Assembly: GCA_964435035.1 (NCBI GenBank)
Contig: CAYSXR010000006.1
Coordinates: 420-64,419 of the forward strand
Direction of reading: 5' to 3'
Length of the DNA: 64,000 nucleotides
Origin: an uncultured Gammaproteobacteria bacterium
Lineage (GTDB): Bacteria > Patescibacteriota > Patescibacteriia > Magasanikbacterales > UBA922
In this document: positions 15,947-25,330 of the stretch, one piece after another
How the letters are laid out: each line of letters opens with the position of its first letter
How positions within the stretch are numbered: the first letter of the stretch is position 1
Position numbers and translations under genes: made by a program
Notes under the pieces: model-generated
What the model was told of the DNA's origin: nothing
The model's input: the letters and a program-made list of their open reading frames with translations, nothing else
Databases searched by the model: none

Positions 15947-18631
15947 CTACTTCATCTCCCCCCATCGATCGCCAATCTCTACTCCTACATCGATTGGCAC
16001 TCTGAGTTTTGCTACATTTTGCATTTCATTTTTTACAATCTCCGCAACTGTTTCGGCATATTTCTCCTCAACTTCTAAAACAAGTTCATCGTGTATCTGC
16101 AATGTCATTCGAGCATGCACATCAAGTAATTTTTCTTTTTTGAGCGCATGGTAGACCGCAATCATTGCCATCTTCATTATGTCCGCTGCGGTTCCTTGGA
16201 TCGGCATATTGATTGCCATGCGTTCTCCTGCTGCTTGGATTTGTCTATTGGGTGATTGTAATTCGGGTACATAACGTTTTCGACCAAATAATGTTTCTAC
16301 ATACCCAGTTTTTTTTGCTTCTTCAAGTGTATTATCTAAATATGTTTTTACACCAGAAAATGTTTCAAAATATTTTTTGATAAAATCTTTTGCTTCAAAT
16401 TGACTTATACCAGTTCGAGAAGCGAGTCCAAATGCACCCATGCCATATAAGACTCCGAAGTTAACTTCTTTTGCCGATCGTCGAATATCTTTGGTAACTT
16501 TATCCAGTGGAATATTGTGAATTGCGGCAGCAGTTGCGGTATGAATATCTTCACCTTTTTTAAATATCTCAATCATTTTTTCGTCATTCGCAAGAGACGC
16601 AACAATACGCAATTCAATTTGAGAATAATCAGCTGAAATCAGTTTATTTCCCTTGTCTGCAATAAATGCTTTGCGTACATCTTTCCCTAATTCAGTTCTA
16701 ATTGGGATATTTTGCAAATTGGGGTCAATACTTGAGAGTCGTCCCGTAGCTGCAATTGCCTGGTTGAATGTCGTGTGAATTCTACCGGTTTTTGGATTAA
16801 TCAGTGTTGGTAATACATCAATATAGGTATTTCGAAGTTTTTCTACTTCACGATATTCTTCAATAAAAGGAATAATAGAATGCATTTCCCGTAACTTTTC
16901 AAGTTCACTCGCAGCAGTTGAATAACCTGTTTTACCTTTTTTTATCATGTCAGTCGGAAGTCCTAGATCGACAAATAAAATATCCCGAAGTTGGGTGGAA
17001 GACGACACGTTGAATTCTTTTCCTGCTTCTTTCCAGATTTTAGCCTCCAACTCTGTAATCGTTTTTGCAATTTTTTCTGATAATCTTCCAAGGAGTGGAA
17101 TATCAATGGCGACTCCTGCGAGCTCCATGTGTGCGAGTACGGGGATGAGTGCCATTTCGATGTCTTCAAATAATCCCTTCTCTGATTCACTTACTAATTG
17201 TTTTTCATATTTCTCTGTTACTTTGAGCATTGCTGCGAGTTCGGTTGCAATAATTTTTGGGTCAATGCCGAATAGTGATGATTGATCTGTATTGGGTAAT
17301 TCAATTCCTAATTCTCGAATCGCAATTGATTCCATATCATGCGCACGAGTACTGGAGTTCAGTAAATACGATGCAATCATGACATCAAATAACTGCGCTT
17401 TGAATTCAACGCCTACATGCGTGTACAGTTTTACAAATTGTTTTACATCATGCCCGACAATGGTAATGTCTTTCGAATTAAAAGGAAGTTTTTCAAGCAT
17501 TGAAAGTGGAATCATCCACGAAGTGTCGGCAATAACACATACAATTCCAGTACATGTTGAGGTGATGATATTTCCATTTTCATTCTGGAAACAAGGTCGA
17601 CATGCGCAGACTTTATATTTTTGTATAAGTGTACTAAGCTCTGAAATATTTTTAGTATCAACGTTGACCACTTCACCAACTTTCATCTTTTTTTCTTTCT
17701 TTTTAGAAATAGTGGTTTTTTCTTCAACTACTTCTGTTCCTCCCGACACACGCTTCACGAGAGAGTAAAAACCGAATTTTTTGAATAATTCAATTACATC
17801 TTCTCGTTTATAAGAAGTCGTCTGCATTTCTGGAAGTGAGTATTCGGTATCAGGAACATTAGTATCGATGGTCGCAAGTTTTTTACTCATCAATGCTGAC
17901 TCATATCCCTCAGTTAATTTCTTTTGTACACTTGCAGATATTTTTTTGTCTTCTTTTTTCAGCGCATCATAAATTTTTTCAAGTGATCCAAAATTTGCGA
18001 TTAATTCTGTCGCAGTTTTTTCTCCCACACCTTTCACACCTGGAATATTATCAGAAGTATCCCCACGAAGAGATTTGTAATCAATCATTTGTGCCGGAGA
18101 AAAACCGAATTTTTCACGCATGTGACTTTCATTGAATAATTCAAAATCTGACATTCCTTTTCGGAGAAGATACACTTCGATTTTGTTGTCATCAATCAAT
18201 TGTAATAAATCTTTGTCACCCGTCACGATAATACAGGTGATGTCTTTGTGTGCTCCAGTAATTTTTTTGGCCAATGTTCCAATAAGATCATCAGCCTCAA
18301 ATCCCGTCTTCGTGTAAATAGGTACATTAAAACCTTTTACTAGTTCATGTACGAGTGGAATCTGATCATAGAGTGCCTGATCAGTCTTTACTCGGGTAGC
18401 TTTGTATTCGGTATAGATTTCATCTCGAAAGGTTCCACCAGCTACGTCAAAAGTCGTAACTAGGTAGTCAGGTTTGAGGTCTCCCATGACTTTGAGGAGC
18501 ATGGATGCAAACCCATAAACAGCGTTAACTAGAGTGCCATCTGGAGCAGTGAGCGGTGGTAGGGCATGGTAGGCGCGGTGGATAATCGCATTTCCATCAA
18601 TAATGACGACTGTTTTATTGGTTTTTGTCAT
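15947..18631 (-). CDS. polA: DNA polymerase I
   Basis: IDGNAIIHRAYHA, GDTSDNIPGV, TGRLSSIDPNLQNIP, ADYSQIELR, QIHDEL. Confidence 0.99.
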   Translation of the reverse strand: MTKTNKTVVIIDGNAIIHRAYHALPPLTAPDGTLVNAVYGFASMLLKVMGDLKPDYLVTTFDVAGGTFRDEIYTEYKATRVKTDQALYDQIPLVHELVKGFNVPIYTKTGFEADDLIGTLAKKITGAHKDITCIIVTGDKDLLQLIDDNKIEVYLLRKGMSDFELFNESHMREKFGFSPAQMIDYKSLRGDTSDNIPGVKGVGEKTATELIANFGSLEKIYDALKKEDKKISASVQKKLTEGYESALMSKKLATIDTNVPDTEYSLPEMQTTSYKREDVIELFKKFGFYSLVKRVSGGTEVVEEKTTISKKKEKKMKVGEVVNVDTKNISELSTLIQKYKVCACRPCFQNENGNIITSTCTGIVCVIADTSWMIPLSMLEKLPFNSKDITIVGHDVKQFVKLYTHVGVEFKAQLFDVMIASYLLNSSTRAHDMESIAIRELGIELPNTDQSSLFGIDPKIIATELAAMLKVTEKYEKQLVSESEKGLFEDIEMALIPVLAHMELAGVAIDIPLLGRLSEKIAKTITELEAKIWKEAGKEFNVSSSTQLRDILFVDLGLPTDMIKKGKTGYSTAASELEKLREMHSIIPFIEEYREVEKLRNTYIDVLPTLINPKTGRIHTTFNQAIAATGRLSSIDPNLQNIPIRTELGKDVRKAFIADKGNKLISADYSQIELRIVASLANDEKMIEIFKKGEDIHTATAAAIHNIPLDKVTKDIRRSAKEVNFGVLYGMGAFGLASRTGISQFEAKDFIKKYFETFSGVKTYLDNTLEEAKKTGYVETLFGRKRYVPELQSPNRQIQAAGERMAINMPIQGTAADIMKMAMIAVYHALKKEKLLDVHARMTLQIHDELVLEVEEKYAETVAEIVKNEMQNVAKLRVPIDVGVEIGDRWGEMK

Positions 18632-18799
18632 AAAAATATTAAGTAAGAATAGTATAGCAGGTTTTATGGTTCCTGAAACCTAAAAATTAGATATAGCGCC
18701 GGATGAAGCTGAAATACGAGAGATGTATCCTTGACAAGCCAGATATGCAGGTGTATTTTTTGTTACTGGTGTTCTGATTCGTACTGCAAGGGGGTGTGT

Positions 18800-19156
18800 A
18801 TGGGTGTCTGTGACAGGTTTTTCTACAGTTCGTTCGATGTCTGGGGATTCTATATTCCCACAGACTTCGTCCCGAGGGCGAGGATCACTGTCTACGGGAA
18901 TCCACGCAATCGGGTGGGGGGGCATGTCATCTATATCGAGGATGTCACGCCTGTGAACGAGAGGATCATCAGTATCACGGGCTACACGTGGCCTCTGTAC
19001 AGTGTGACACCAGGGATTCCAGGTGCAGATTCGAGGCATCGGATGAACGGCGTCCTCTACACCGACCTGAGCCTCGTCTGCATACGTCCTGGATGGGGGC
19101 CTCCGCGGCTGCCGCCAGGGTGGCTCGCATCCATCCGTAGTATCATCACACATTAA
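18800..19156 (+). CDS. GC-rich orphan protein (cassette 6)
   Basis: TTGACA at 18731, AAGGGGG SD before ATG 18800, hairpin at 19167-19198. Confidence 0.6.
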   Translation: MGVCDRFFYSSFDVWGFYIPTDFVPRARITVYGNPRNRVGGHVIYIEDVTPVNERIISITGYTWPLYSVTPGIPGADSRHRMNGVLYTDLSLVCIRPGWGPPRLPPGWLASIRSIITH

Positions 19157-19450
19157 GGAGGAAAAAGCCTCTGCACTGGTATATACTGGTGCGGAGGTTC
19201 CTGTTTATATAGAAAAATGTAGTTAATTTTTCTATATTGAGGTAAAAAATTGGATAAAAGGCTTGACAAAATGGCTTAAATATGGTATATTCTCTAGTTC
19301 AAAATCGTCCTTTATAATATCTTTCTTGGCTTTCTTTTTGCCTTATTTTAGCTTAAAATATGCAGAAAGAAGGCTGTCAACGAAGCACATGGATTGTCAA
19401 AAACTTGACACAGGGTCAGGCATAAGACATTCCGTGTAAAGGAGTGAATC

Positions 19451-19768
19451 GTGGGAAAGAATCGGCGTCAGAGCAATTTCGCACAGTGGAGTCGAGATGC
19501 ACAGGTGGAGCTCGATGAAGAGGCGGATGAACTCGAGCGGCAACGTCTATGGTATGAGGGGTTGGATGACGAAGATATAGTCGAGCCGGAGAGCTCAACC
19601 GACGAGGGTAGCTGCTACGAGCCTGGTGAGGAGTACAGCGGAGCTCATCACGATGATTCCTTCGCCGACATGGCTCGTGAGCCGTTCACCGAGGACGAGA
19701 TTGTCCAGATCGACCAGAAACTCGAGGATCATATCGCGGTGAATCGTGAGTGCAACTCAAAATCCTGA
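19451..19768 (+). CDS. GC-rich, highly acidic orphan protein (cassette 7)
   Basis: TTGACA-17-TATATT at 19263-19291, AAGGAG SD before GTG, 3' hairpins at about 19791-19862. Confidence 0.7.
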   Translation: MGKNRRQSNFAQWSRDAQVELDEEADELERQRLWYEGLDDEDIVEPESSTDEGSCYEPGEEYSGAHHDDSFADMAREPFTEDEIVQIDQKLEDHIAVNRECNSKS

Positions 19769-19947
19769 ACTCCTGTTTAGGTAAGTCTATACGGGCTTCA
19801 TGGAGCGTGACGTTCCTGGCCCGTCGGGCTCGACGAACCCCCGTATCATACGATACGGGGTTGAATGTTTTTATAGGGTATTTTAGCCTTTGACATTTCT
19901 CATACTTTTCGCTATAATCTCGAAACTTCTAGACATAATTATATTCT

Positions 19948-21252
19948 ATGGAACACACGCATAAAAAACTCAAAAACTCAGAAATCGAGATGACTATTAC
20001 GGTCACCGCTGCTGAATATGAAAAACACTTACGAAAAGCAGCAGAACGGATTTCAAATAGAACTACCATCAAAGGCTTCCGCAAAGGACATGCTCCTTTT
20101 GATATGGTAAAACGAGAAATCGGCGAAATGCATGTGATGAATGAAGCACTCGAGAGCATTCTCCAGGAAACATTTTATAATGCAGTGATGGCAGAGAAAC
20201 TGGATACCATCGGAATGCCAAAAATTAATATTGAAAAAATCGCTCCAGGCAATGATTTTGTATACAAAGCAGTAGTGGCACTTCTTCCTGTAGTGACTCT
20301 GCCAAAACTCGACAAAATCAAAGTAGAACACAAAGCAAAACCAGTAACTGAAACTGATATCGATGCAGTGATTGAAAACCTCACCAAAATGCAGGCAGTA
20401 GAAGTGGTAAAAGAAGGCCCTGCTACTAAAGAAGATAAAGTGGTAATCGATATGGACCTACTTCTCGATGGAGTACCTATCGAAGGTGGGCAGGCAAAAG
20501 ATTACCAGGTCTATCTCTCAGAAAATCAGCACATCCCTGGATTCAATGATGCGCTTCTCGGAGTGAGTAAGGGAGAAGAAAAAGAATTTGATGTTCCATT
20601 TCCAAAAGATTATTACAACAAAATGCTTGCGGGAAACACTGGACACTTCAAAACGAAAGTGAAAGAAGTGTATACTCGAGTATTTCCAGAAGTGAATGAT
20701 GAATTTGCAAAAAAAGTAGGACAAGACAGTGTAATCAAACTCCGAGAATTATTACAGAGTAACATGGAACATGAAGCACTTCACAAAGCTGATGAAGTAG
20801 CTGAGATCGAAATGTTTGATGCCCTGATCGACAAATCAAAATTCGAAGAAATTCCTGAAGTGTTGATCGATGCTGAACGAAAGAAAATGTTTTATGAATT
20901 AAAACGTGATCTTGAAAAAAATGGAATCACGATTGATCAATACTTGGCAGACTTGAAAAAAAGTGAAGAAGATATTCAGAAAGATTTTACTGAGCAAGCA
21001 ACCAAGCGTGCAAAAGCAGCACTCGTGTCTCGCCAAATTGCAAAGGATGAAAATCTTACGGTAGATGATACTGAGCTTGCTGAAGAAATTGAAAAAATGA
21101 AAAAAGAATATAAGGATCATCCAGAATATTTGGAGAATCTAAATAAAGCAGAGGTGAAAGATTCAGTTCGAACCTACTTGGTAAATCGAAAAGTAATCAA
21201 TTTCCTCCGAGAGAAAATTTTGACAGGAAGACCAGAGCATACACATGACTAG
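19948..21252 (+). CDS. tig: Trigger factor
   Basis: IKGFRKGHAP signature, FKBP-like IPGFNDALLG; TTGACA/TATAAT promoter near 19890. Confidence 0.97.
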   Translation: MEHTHKKLKNSEIEMTITVTAAEYEKHLRKAAERISNRTTIKGFRKGHAPFDMVKREIGEMHVMNEALESILQETFYNAVMAEKLDTIGMPKINIEKIAPGNDFVYKAVVALLPVVTLPKLDKIKVEHKAKPVTETDIDAVIENLTKMQAVEVVKEGPATKEDKVVIDMDLLLDGVPIEGGQAKDYQVYLSENQHIPGFNDALLGVSKGEEKEFDVPFPKDYYNKMLAGNTGHFKTKVKEVYTRVFPEVNDEFAKKVGQDSVIKLRELLQSNMEHEALHKADEVAEIEMFDALIDKSKFEEIPEVLIDAERKKMFYELKRDLEKNGITIDQYLADLKKSEEDIQKDFTEQATKRAKAALVSRQIAKDENLTVDDTELAEEIEKMKKEYKDHPEYLENLNKAEVKDSVRTYLVNRKVINFLREKILTGRPEHTHD

Positions 21253-21294
21253 TTGTCTGGTTGAGAAAATTTGCGTAACTAAGAATTTAATTAA

Positions 21295-21395
21295 ATCCGT
21301 GTTAATCCGTTCAATCCGTGTCATCCGTGTTCCATTTAGCGAAAGTTAAAGAATAGAACACGGATTTAACGGATCTGACGGATAGGCACGGATTT
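21295..21395. repeat. Inverted 9-mer (ATCCGTG/CACGGAT) tandem element
   Basis: Four ATCCGT units followed by four ACGGAT units. Confidence 0.8.
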
Positions 21396-21404
21396 AGAAT
21401 TTAT

Positions 21405-21626
21405 ATGCGTCTTACTATTATCGTAAAACTTCGCTCATCAAAAACTGACGTAATACAAATTTCAGAATCAGAATATCAAGTTCGTCTCACTGCGTCTCCG
21501 GTTGATGGGGAGGCAAACGAACAGCTAATAAAAGTATTAAGCGAATATTTTGATATTGCAAAAACCCACATTTCAATTCTTAAAGGTAAAACAGGAAAGA
21601 AGAAAATGGTAGAAATCAGCAAATAA
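21405..21626 (+). CDS. DUF167/YggU-family protein
   Basis: VRLTASPVDGEANEQLIKVLSEYF...ILKGKTGKKK. Confidence 0.9.
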   Translation: MRLTIIVKLRSSKTDVIQISESEYQVRLTASPVDGEANEQLIKVLSEYFDIAKTHISILKGKTGKKKMVEISK

Positions 21627-21707
21627 AAAAATCCCTTGATAGGGAATGGGTGTGCTCGCACCTGTCGACCGAAGTCTAAGGATGCGAGCACACGAGCTAC
21701 GACGCGG

Positions 21708-21995
21708 TCACTGCGTCAGGTGAAAGTCCAGTCGGACGGGCTTGTGGATCGGCTGATCCGCCATGGCCTCGAGCGTGAGGCAATTGCCCTTGAGCTCCTT
21801 CTTCCACTTGGTCGCCTCGAGGCAGTCGGTACGTCCGTTGTAGTGGACGACGATCGTCTGAGCGAACTCGGTGACACGGGTGGGACCCTTGTGCACCTTC
21901 AGTGGTCTCTTGCTGAAGTTGCGGTAAATGACGACCTTGTGGCCGACGAGCACGACCGGTTCGGCCAGTGCGATTTCTTCAGAGTGCTTGGACAT
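21708..21995 (-). CDS. GC-rich orphan protein (cassette 8)
   Basis: TTGACA-16-TATACT at 22071-22044, AGGAG SD, inverted repeats flanking the gene. Confidence 0.7.
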   Translation of the reverse strand: MSKHSEEIALAEPVVLVGHKVVIYRNFSKRPLKVHKGPTRVTEFAQTIVVHYNGRTDCLEATKWKKELKGNCLTLEAMADQPIHKPVRLDFHLTQ

Positions 21996-22212
21996 GTGCG
22001 TGTTTCTCCTGGTGACGGTCGGCAGGTAGCTCGACAGGTGCGTAGTATAAAGGTTTTACAGAGGTTGTCAATAATTTGTGTGAGTAAACAAAACACCGCC
22101 TCGATCTCCTTTACTGTCCCGAAGTTTTTCGGACCAATAAAGGCATGAGGCGGTGAAATAGTAGTGTTCACTTGTGGGTTGTAGTCGACCGCGACATGCC
22201 AGGGAGTAGAAG

Positions 22213-22557
22213 TTACTTTTTGGAAATTTCATGTTCCGAGGGGGTGAGAGTGCGCCAATCGTGACAACGATTGTGGTGATCACCATAGATCGCAACTTCT
22301 TCGTACCGAGTGAAATCCTTCAGTCGAGGACAGTTGGTGAACCAGTAGACCTCGCCGAGGTACATGTTCATGATCATGATGGTGTACTCACCTCGATAAA
22401 CGGGATATCCGATTGCGGGCCGACGGTCGAGTTCCATTGCTATCGCACCCTGTTCGTTCCCGACGATCTTGATCGCGCCGGCGATCACGAATGTGATGAG
22501 AACGAGCCAGATGAATGGCTGGGTGTACAGACGTTTTGTGTTGAGTTTTTCTTCCAT
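22213..22557 (-). CDS. GC-rich orphan with N-terminal TM helix (cassette 9)
   Basis: TTGACA at 22626-22621, GGAG SD, long terminator hairpin at about 22094-22155. Confidence 0.7.
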   Translation of the reverse strand: MEEKLNTKRLYTQPFIWLVLITFVIAGAIKIVGNEQGAIAMELDRRPAIGYPVYRGEYTIMIMNMYLGEVYWFTNCPRLKDFTRYEEVAIYGDHHNRCHDWRTLTPSEHEISKK

Positions 22558-22645
22558 CGCAATTCTCCGTTGCAAAAAGAGCGAACACTGGTATCTAGTA
22601 TTCCCAAAAAGATAGGATGTTGTCAAGAAGATTTCAAACCAGGCT

Positions 22646-22736
22646 ACATGCGAATTACAAATGGTACGAATTTGCGAATGCTGAAATTCAAAATTCTAAT
22701 CCATTCGTGTATTGGTTTTATTCGTAATTCGCATGT
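22646..22736. repeat. Palindromic element, ACATGCGAATTACGAAT family, copy 3
   Basis: ACATGCGAATTAC...ATTCGTAATTCGCATGT; overlaps the stop codon of the methyltransferase. Confidence 0.85.
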
Positions 22737-23851
22737 CTAAATTTCCAAATTTCGCGACCAACAAATTGGTTGTCACGAGAATAGAGGAGAGAGGTAGATT
22801 TTTCCGAAAAAGGAATTACTTTGAATCCAAGTTTCTCAATTTCAATATGTGCATTAGTTTTCACCCAGTCTTTGCCTGATTTGAATATGGGAATGATAAA
22901 AATAATGACGCCATCGGGTGAAAGTATTTGTTTGAAAGATTCAAAACTGCTGAGGTATAACATTTTCAACTCCACTGCCTGACTTTCAAGCGCAAATTTA
23001 CTTTCATGTCCATGCAACGGCTTGCCCATGTACGGTTCAGACACAATTGCATCAACACTATTTTTCTTAAATACTTTTTCCAATTTTTCCGCAGGTATGA
23101 GGTGTACGGCTGTTTCAATTTTTGTAGATGTGTGATCTTTTAAAAACCATCGGGTATTCTCAATAGAATCCTCAACAGCTTTTTCTGAATTATCTGATCC
23201 GGATACGTGAGTATACCCAAGTGAGAGTGCTTCGATAAGTACCGTACCTGATCCACAAAATGGGTCGAGGATGTGAGCATTGAGTGGGGCTTCGGTAAGG
23301 TTTACCATCATGCGGGCAAGTTTGGGTGGAAGCATCCCACTTCGGCTATCAGTGCGTGGGCGCTCATAATCGCGGCGAGTGAAAGATTCAATATCTTGAA
23401 TTGCATCAGTTACAAACCATTCAGTACCTACTTTGATAATATCCCCCTTTTTTTCAATCAAATTATTATGAATTACGGTCGCCGCATTTTTTGATTCAAT
23501 ATATCTTACGGAACGCCCAATACTTTTTAAATGTTTTTTAACTTCCAGAGCCAAAGACTTCTGGTTTATTCCTGAAATCGAAAATTGAATTTTTCCATCA
23601 GTCGCTTGTTCGAGGTGTTCCGCAATCGTGTGTACGTCGTTGGTCTTTTTTTCCAAAGCATGTGCGATTCGAATGGTACCACCAAGAATATGGATGAGTA
23701 CTTGTGCATCGAGTGTCTCATCGACTTCGATAATATAAAAAGAGTCAGCAGTGTTGATTTCTTTGTAAGAAATTGATAACCGCTTACACACAGAAATAAT
23801 TTCAGCAACCGATACATGAGGCTGGTGTCCTAGTTCAAACGCGTATTTCAT
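22718..23851 (-). CDS. SAM-dependent RNA methyltransferase (Trm11/TrmG10-like)
   Basis: GMLPPKLARMMVNL, LDPFCGSGTVLIEA, IVSEPYMG. Confidence 0.85.
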   Translation of the reverse strand: MKYAFELGHQPHVSVAEIISVCKRLSISYKEINTADSFYIIEVDETLDAQVLIHILGGTIRIAHALEKKTNDVHTIAEHLEQATDGKIQFSISGINQKSLALEVKKHLKSIGRSVRYIESKNAATVIHNNLIEKKGDIIKVGTEWFVTDAIQDIESFTRRDYERPRTDSRSGMLPPKLARMMVNLTEAPLNAHILDPFCGSGTVLIEALSLGYTHVSGSDNSEKAVEDSIENTRWFLKDHTSTKIETAVHLIPAEKLEKVFKKNSVDAIVSEPYMGKPLHGHESKFALESQAVELKMLYLSSFESFKQILSPDGVIIFIIPIFKSGKDWVKTNAHIEIEKLGFKVIPFSEKSTSLLYSRDNQFVGREIWKFRHANYE

Positions 23852-24243
23852 AAGTCAGTAGTAGAGGATGAAGCCTCGGGAATAATAGGGGTTGTGGTTG
23901 AGCTTACCGGAAGGTTACTGATGGTTGATGTGATTGTCTGGTTATAAAAAGGGTCTCGAGTAGGGGGGGTAAATTCCAAATGCTGTTTCTCATTGTCAAT
24001 CAACAGTACTTGTTCGAGAAGTACAAAGTTCACTGGACCTGCACTTTTGGACACCATTTGTGCTTGAAAATCTGTCTCATAAGTTGATATTCGATTGGAC
24101 ATAAGGTATACCGTCCAGGTAGCATAGCTTGTAACCGTGAGACAGATAAGCGCAACCCCAATCGTAATCAGTCGAAGTACTGAAACATTTGCAAATTCAG
24201 GAGGGATTGGATTGTCTATGCGTTTGGGAGTATTAGTTGACAT
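23848..24243 (-). CDS. Single-TM protein in the PilP position
   Basis: TM helix and RDPF motif; directly downstream of the pilO-like gene. Confidence 0.6.
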   Translation of the reverse strand: MSTNTPKRIDNPIPPEFANVSVLRLITIGVALICLTVTSYATWTVYLMSNRISTYETDFQAQMVSKSAGPVNFVLLEQVLLIDNEKQHLEFTPPTRDPFYNQTITSTISNLPVSSTTTPIIPEASSSTTDL

Positions 24244-24793
24244 AGGATGGTTCACTCGTAGTATTAAGCGTCGCTCTAAAAGTCATAACAACCTGATTCT
24301 CTCCTAATTTTGAATTTTTTTCAATAGTCAGCCCTCTGATGCTTAGATAATAGGGGATTGATTCGAGTTCTGCTAGATACCTTTCGATACGTTCAAGTGG
24401 TCCTGTGGTAGAAAATGAAAAAAGGTAACGACCAGTAAACTGCGCTTGGTCTTCATGTGGTTGGTACGATACTGATAATTCTTGGTCCACCCCATTTCGC
24501 TCGGCAATTAATTCAATTAATTCAATTAATTTTTCTTCTTCTGATTTGGTAATTGAAATTGCAGTAGTACGTGATAAATTTTCCTCAATAGTATCTATTT
24601 CAATAAGTGATCTACGAAGTAGTCGTACTCGTTCCAACTCCTCATTGTCAGCACTCACCTGTGCAACCATGGCGTCCGTAGTTTGGGTGATCGAGTTCAG
24701 TGAAGGGAATATAAAACCAAATATCACGCCAATTCCGGCAGAGAAGAAGAAAATGATGGTAAAAATAAGTTTGTGAGTAATCGTGAATCTCAT
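24233..24793 (-). CDS. pilO: Type IV pilus assembly protein, PilO-like
   Basis: N-terminal TM, coiled coil, G...I.RYLAELESIPYY; synteny with pilM/pilN. Confidence 0.7.
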   Translation of the reverse strand: MRFTITHKLIFTIIFFFSAGIGVIFGFIFPSLNSITQTTDAMVAQVSADNEELERVRLLRRSLIEIDTIEENLSRTTAISITKSEEEKLIELIELIAERNGVDQELSVSYQPHEDQAQFTGRYLFSFSTTGPLERIERYLAELESIPYYLSIRGLTIEKNSKLGENQVVMTFRATLNTTSEPSYVN

Positions 24794-24794
24794 A

Positions 24795-25325
24795 TTATTT
24801 GAGTGTTGCCTGAATAGTAAACGGAATATTTTCTTTACGTGTAAGTTCTCCCAATGGTATCTGTACGGATTCAAGTATAGGAAGTGCTTTCATTGCTGTT
24901 TCACAAAGACCGAGCACCTCGCGTGATGCGGCAACTCCAGCAAGCGAAAGGGTGTGTGTTTCTCCATCTAAAATGATAGAACTCACTTCAATCCCTGGTG
25001 GAAGTGCGGCAAGAATAGCGTGTAATCGAGGAGACCACAATGTAAAGGTGGTTTGAGTTTGTTCTATTTTTTTGAGTTGACTATTGGTCGCTGCAATCCG
25101 TTGAGTATCAATCAGGTATGATCGTCTTCCTGAGAGTACTCCGTAAGTGAGAGCTGCACGATATTCAATAAAAAAACTTTCAGTAACCAAGAGTACTGCA
25201 GCAAGTACTGCAATCAATGAGAAAACTAACGCAAAAGAACTTTTGAGGTACGTAAAAAGTGCCAAGCGCTTGAGATGAGCTTTTTTGGAATCTGATAATA
25301 CATTGATTCTGACGGGGAACATCAT
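24795..25325 (-). CDS. pilN: Type IV pilus assembly protein, PilN-like
   Basis: RINVL N-terminal motif, TM, WS..L..I...LPPGI, LSLAGVAASRE. Confidence 0.8.
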   Translation of the reverse strand: MMFPVRINVLSDSKKAHLKRLALFTYLKSSFALVFSLIAVLAAVLLVTESFFIEYRAALTYGVLSGRRSYLIDTQRIAATNSQLKKIEQTQTTFTLWSPRLHAILAALPPGIEVSSIILDGETHTLSLAGVAASREVLGLCETAMKALPILESVQIPLGELTRKENIPFTIQATLK

Positions 25326-25330
25326 ACTGA

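Noticed and set aside
18690-18725. CGGATGAAGCTGAAA as a second hammerhead core
   Set aside because: It lacks CUGANGA and has no stem II or flanking stems
3145-22626. Orphan cassettes as classical integron gene cassettes
   Set aside because: No intI, no RYYYAAC/GTTRRRY attC boundaries recognised, and the units carry their own promoters
21636-22740. Long opposite-strand ORFs over GC-rich cassettes (21636-22148 and 22231-22740; likewise 8552-9091, 18680-19153, 3254-3589)
   Set aside because: These are shadow ORFs expected in GC-rich DNA; promoter, SD and terminator all point to the other strand
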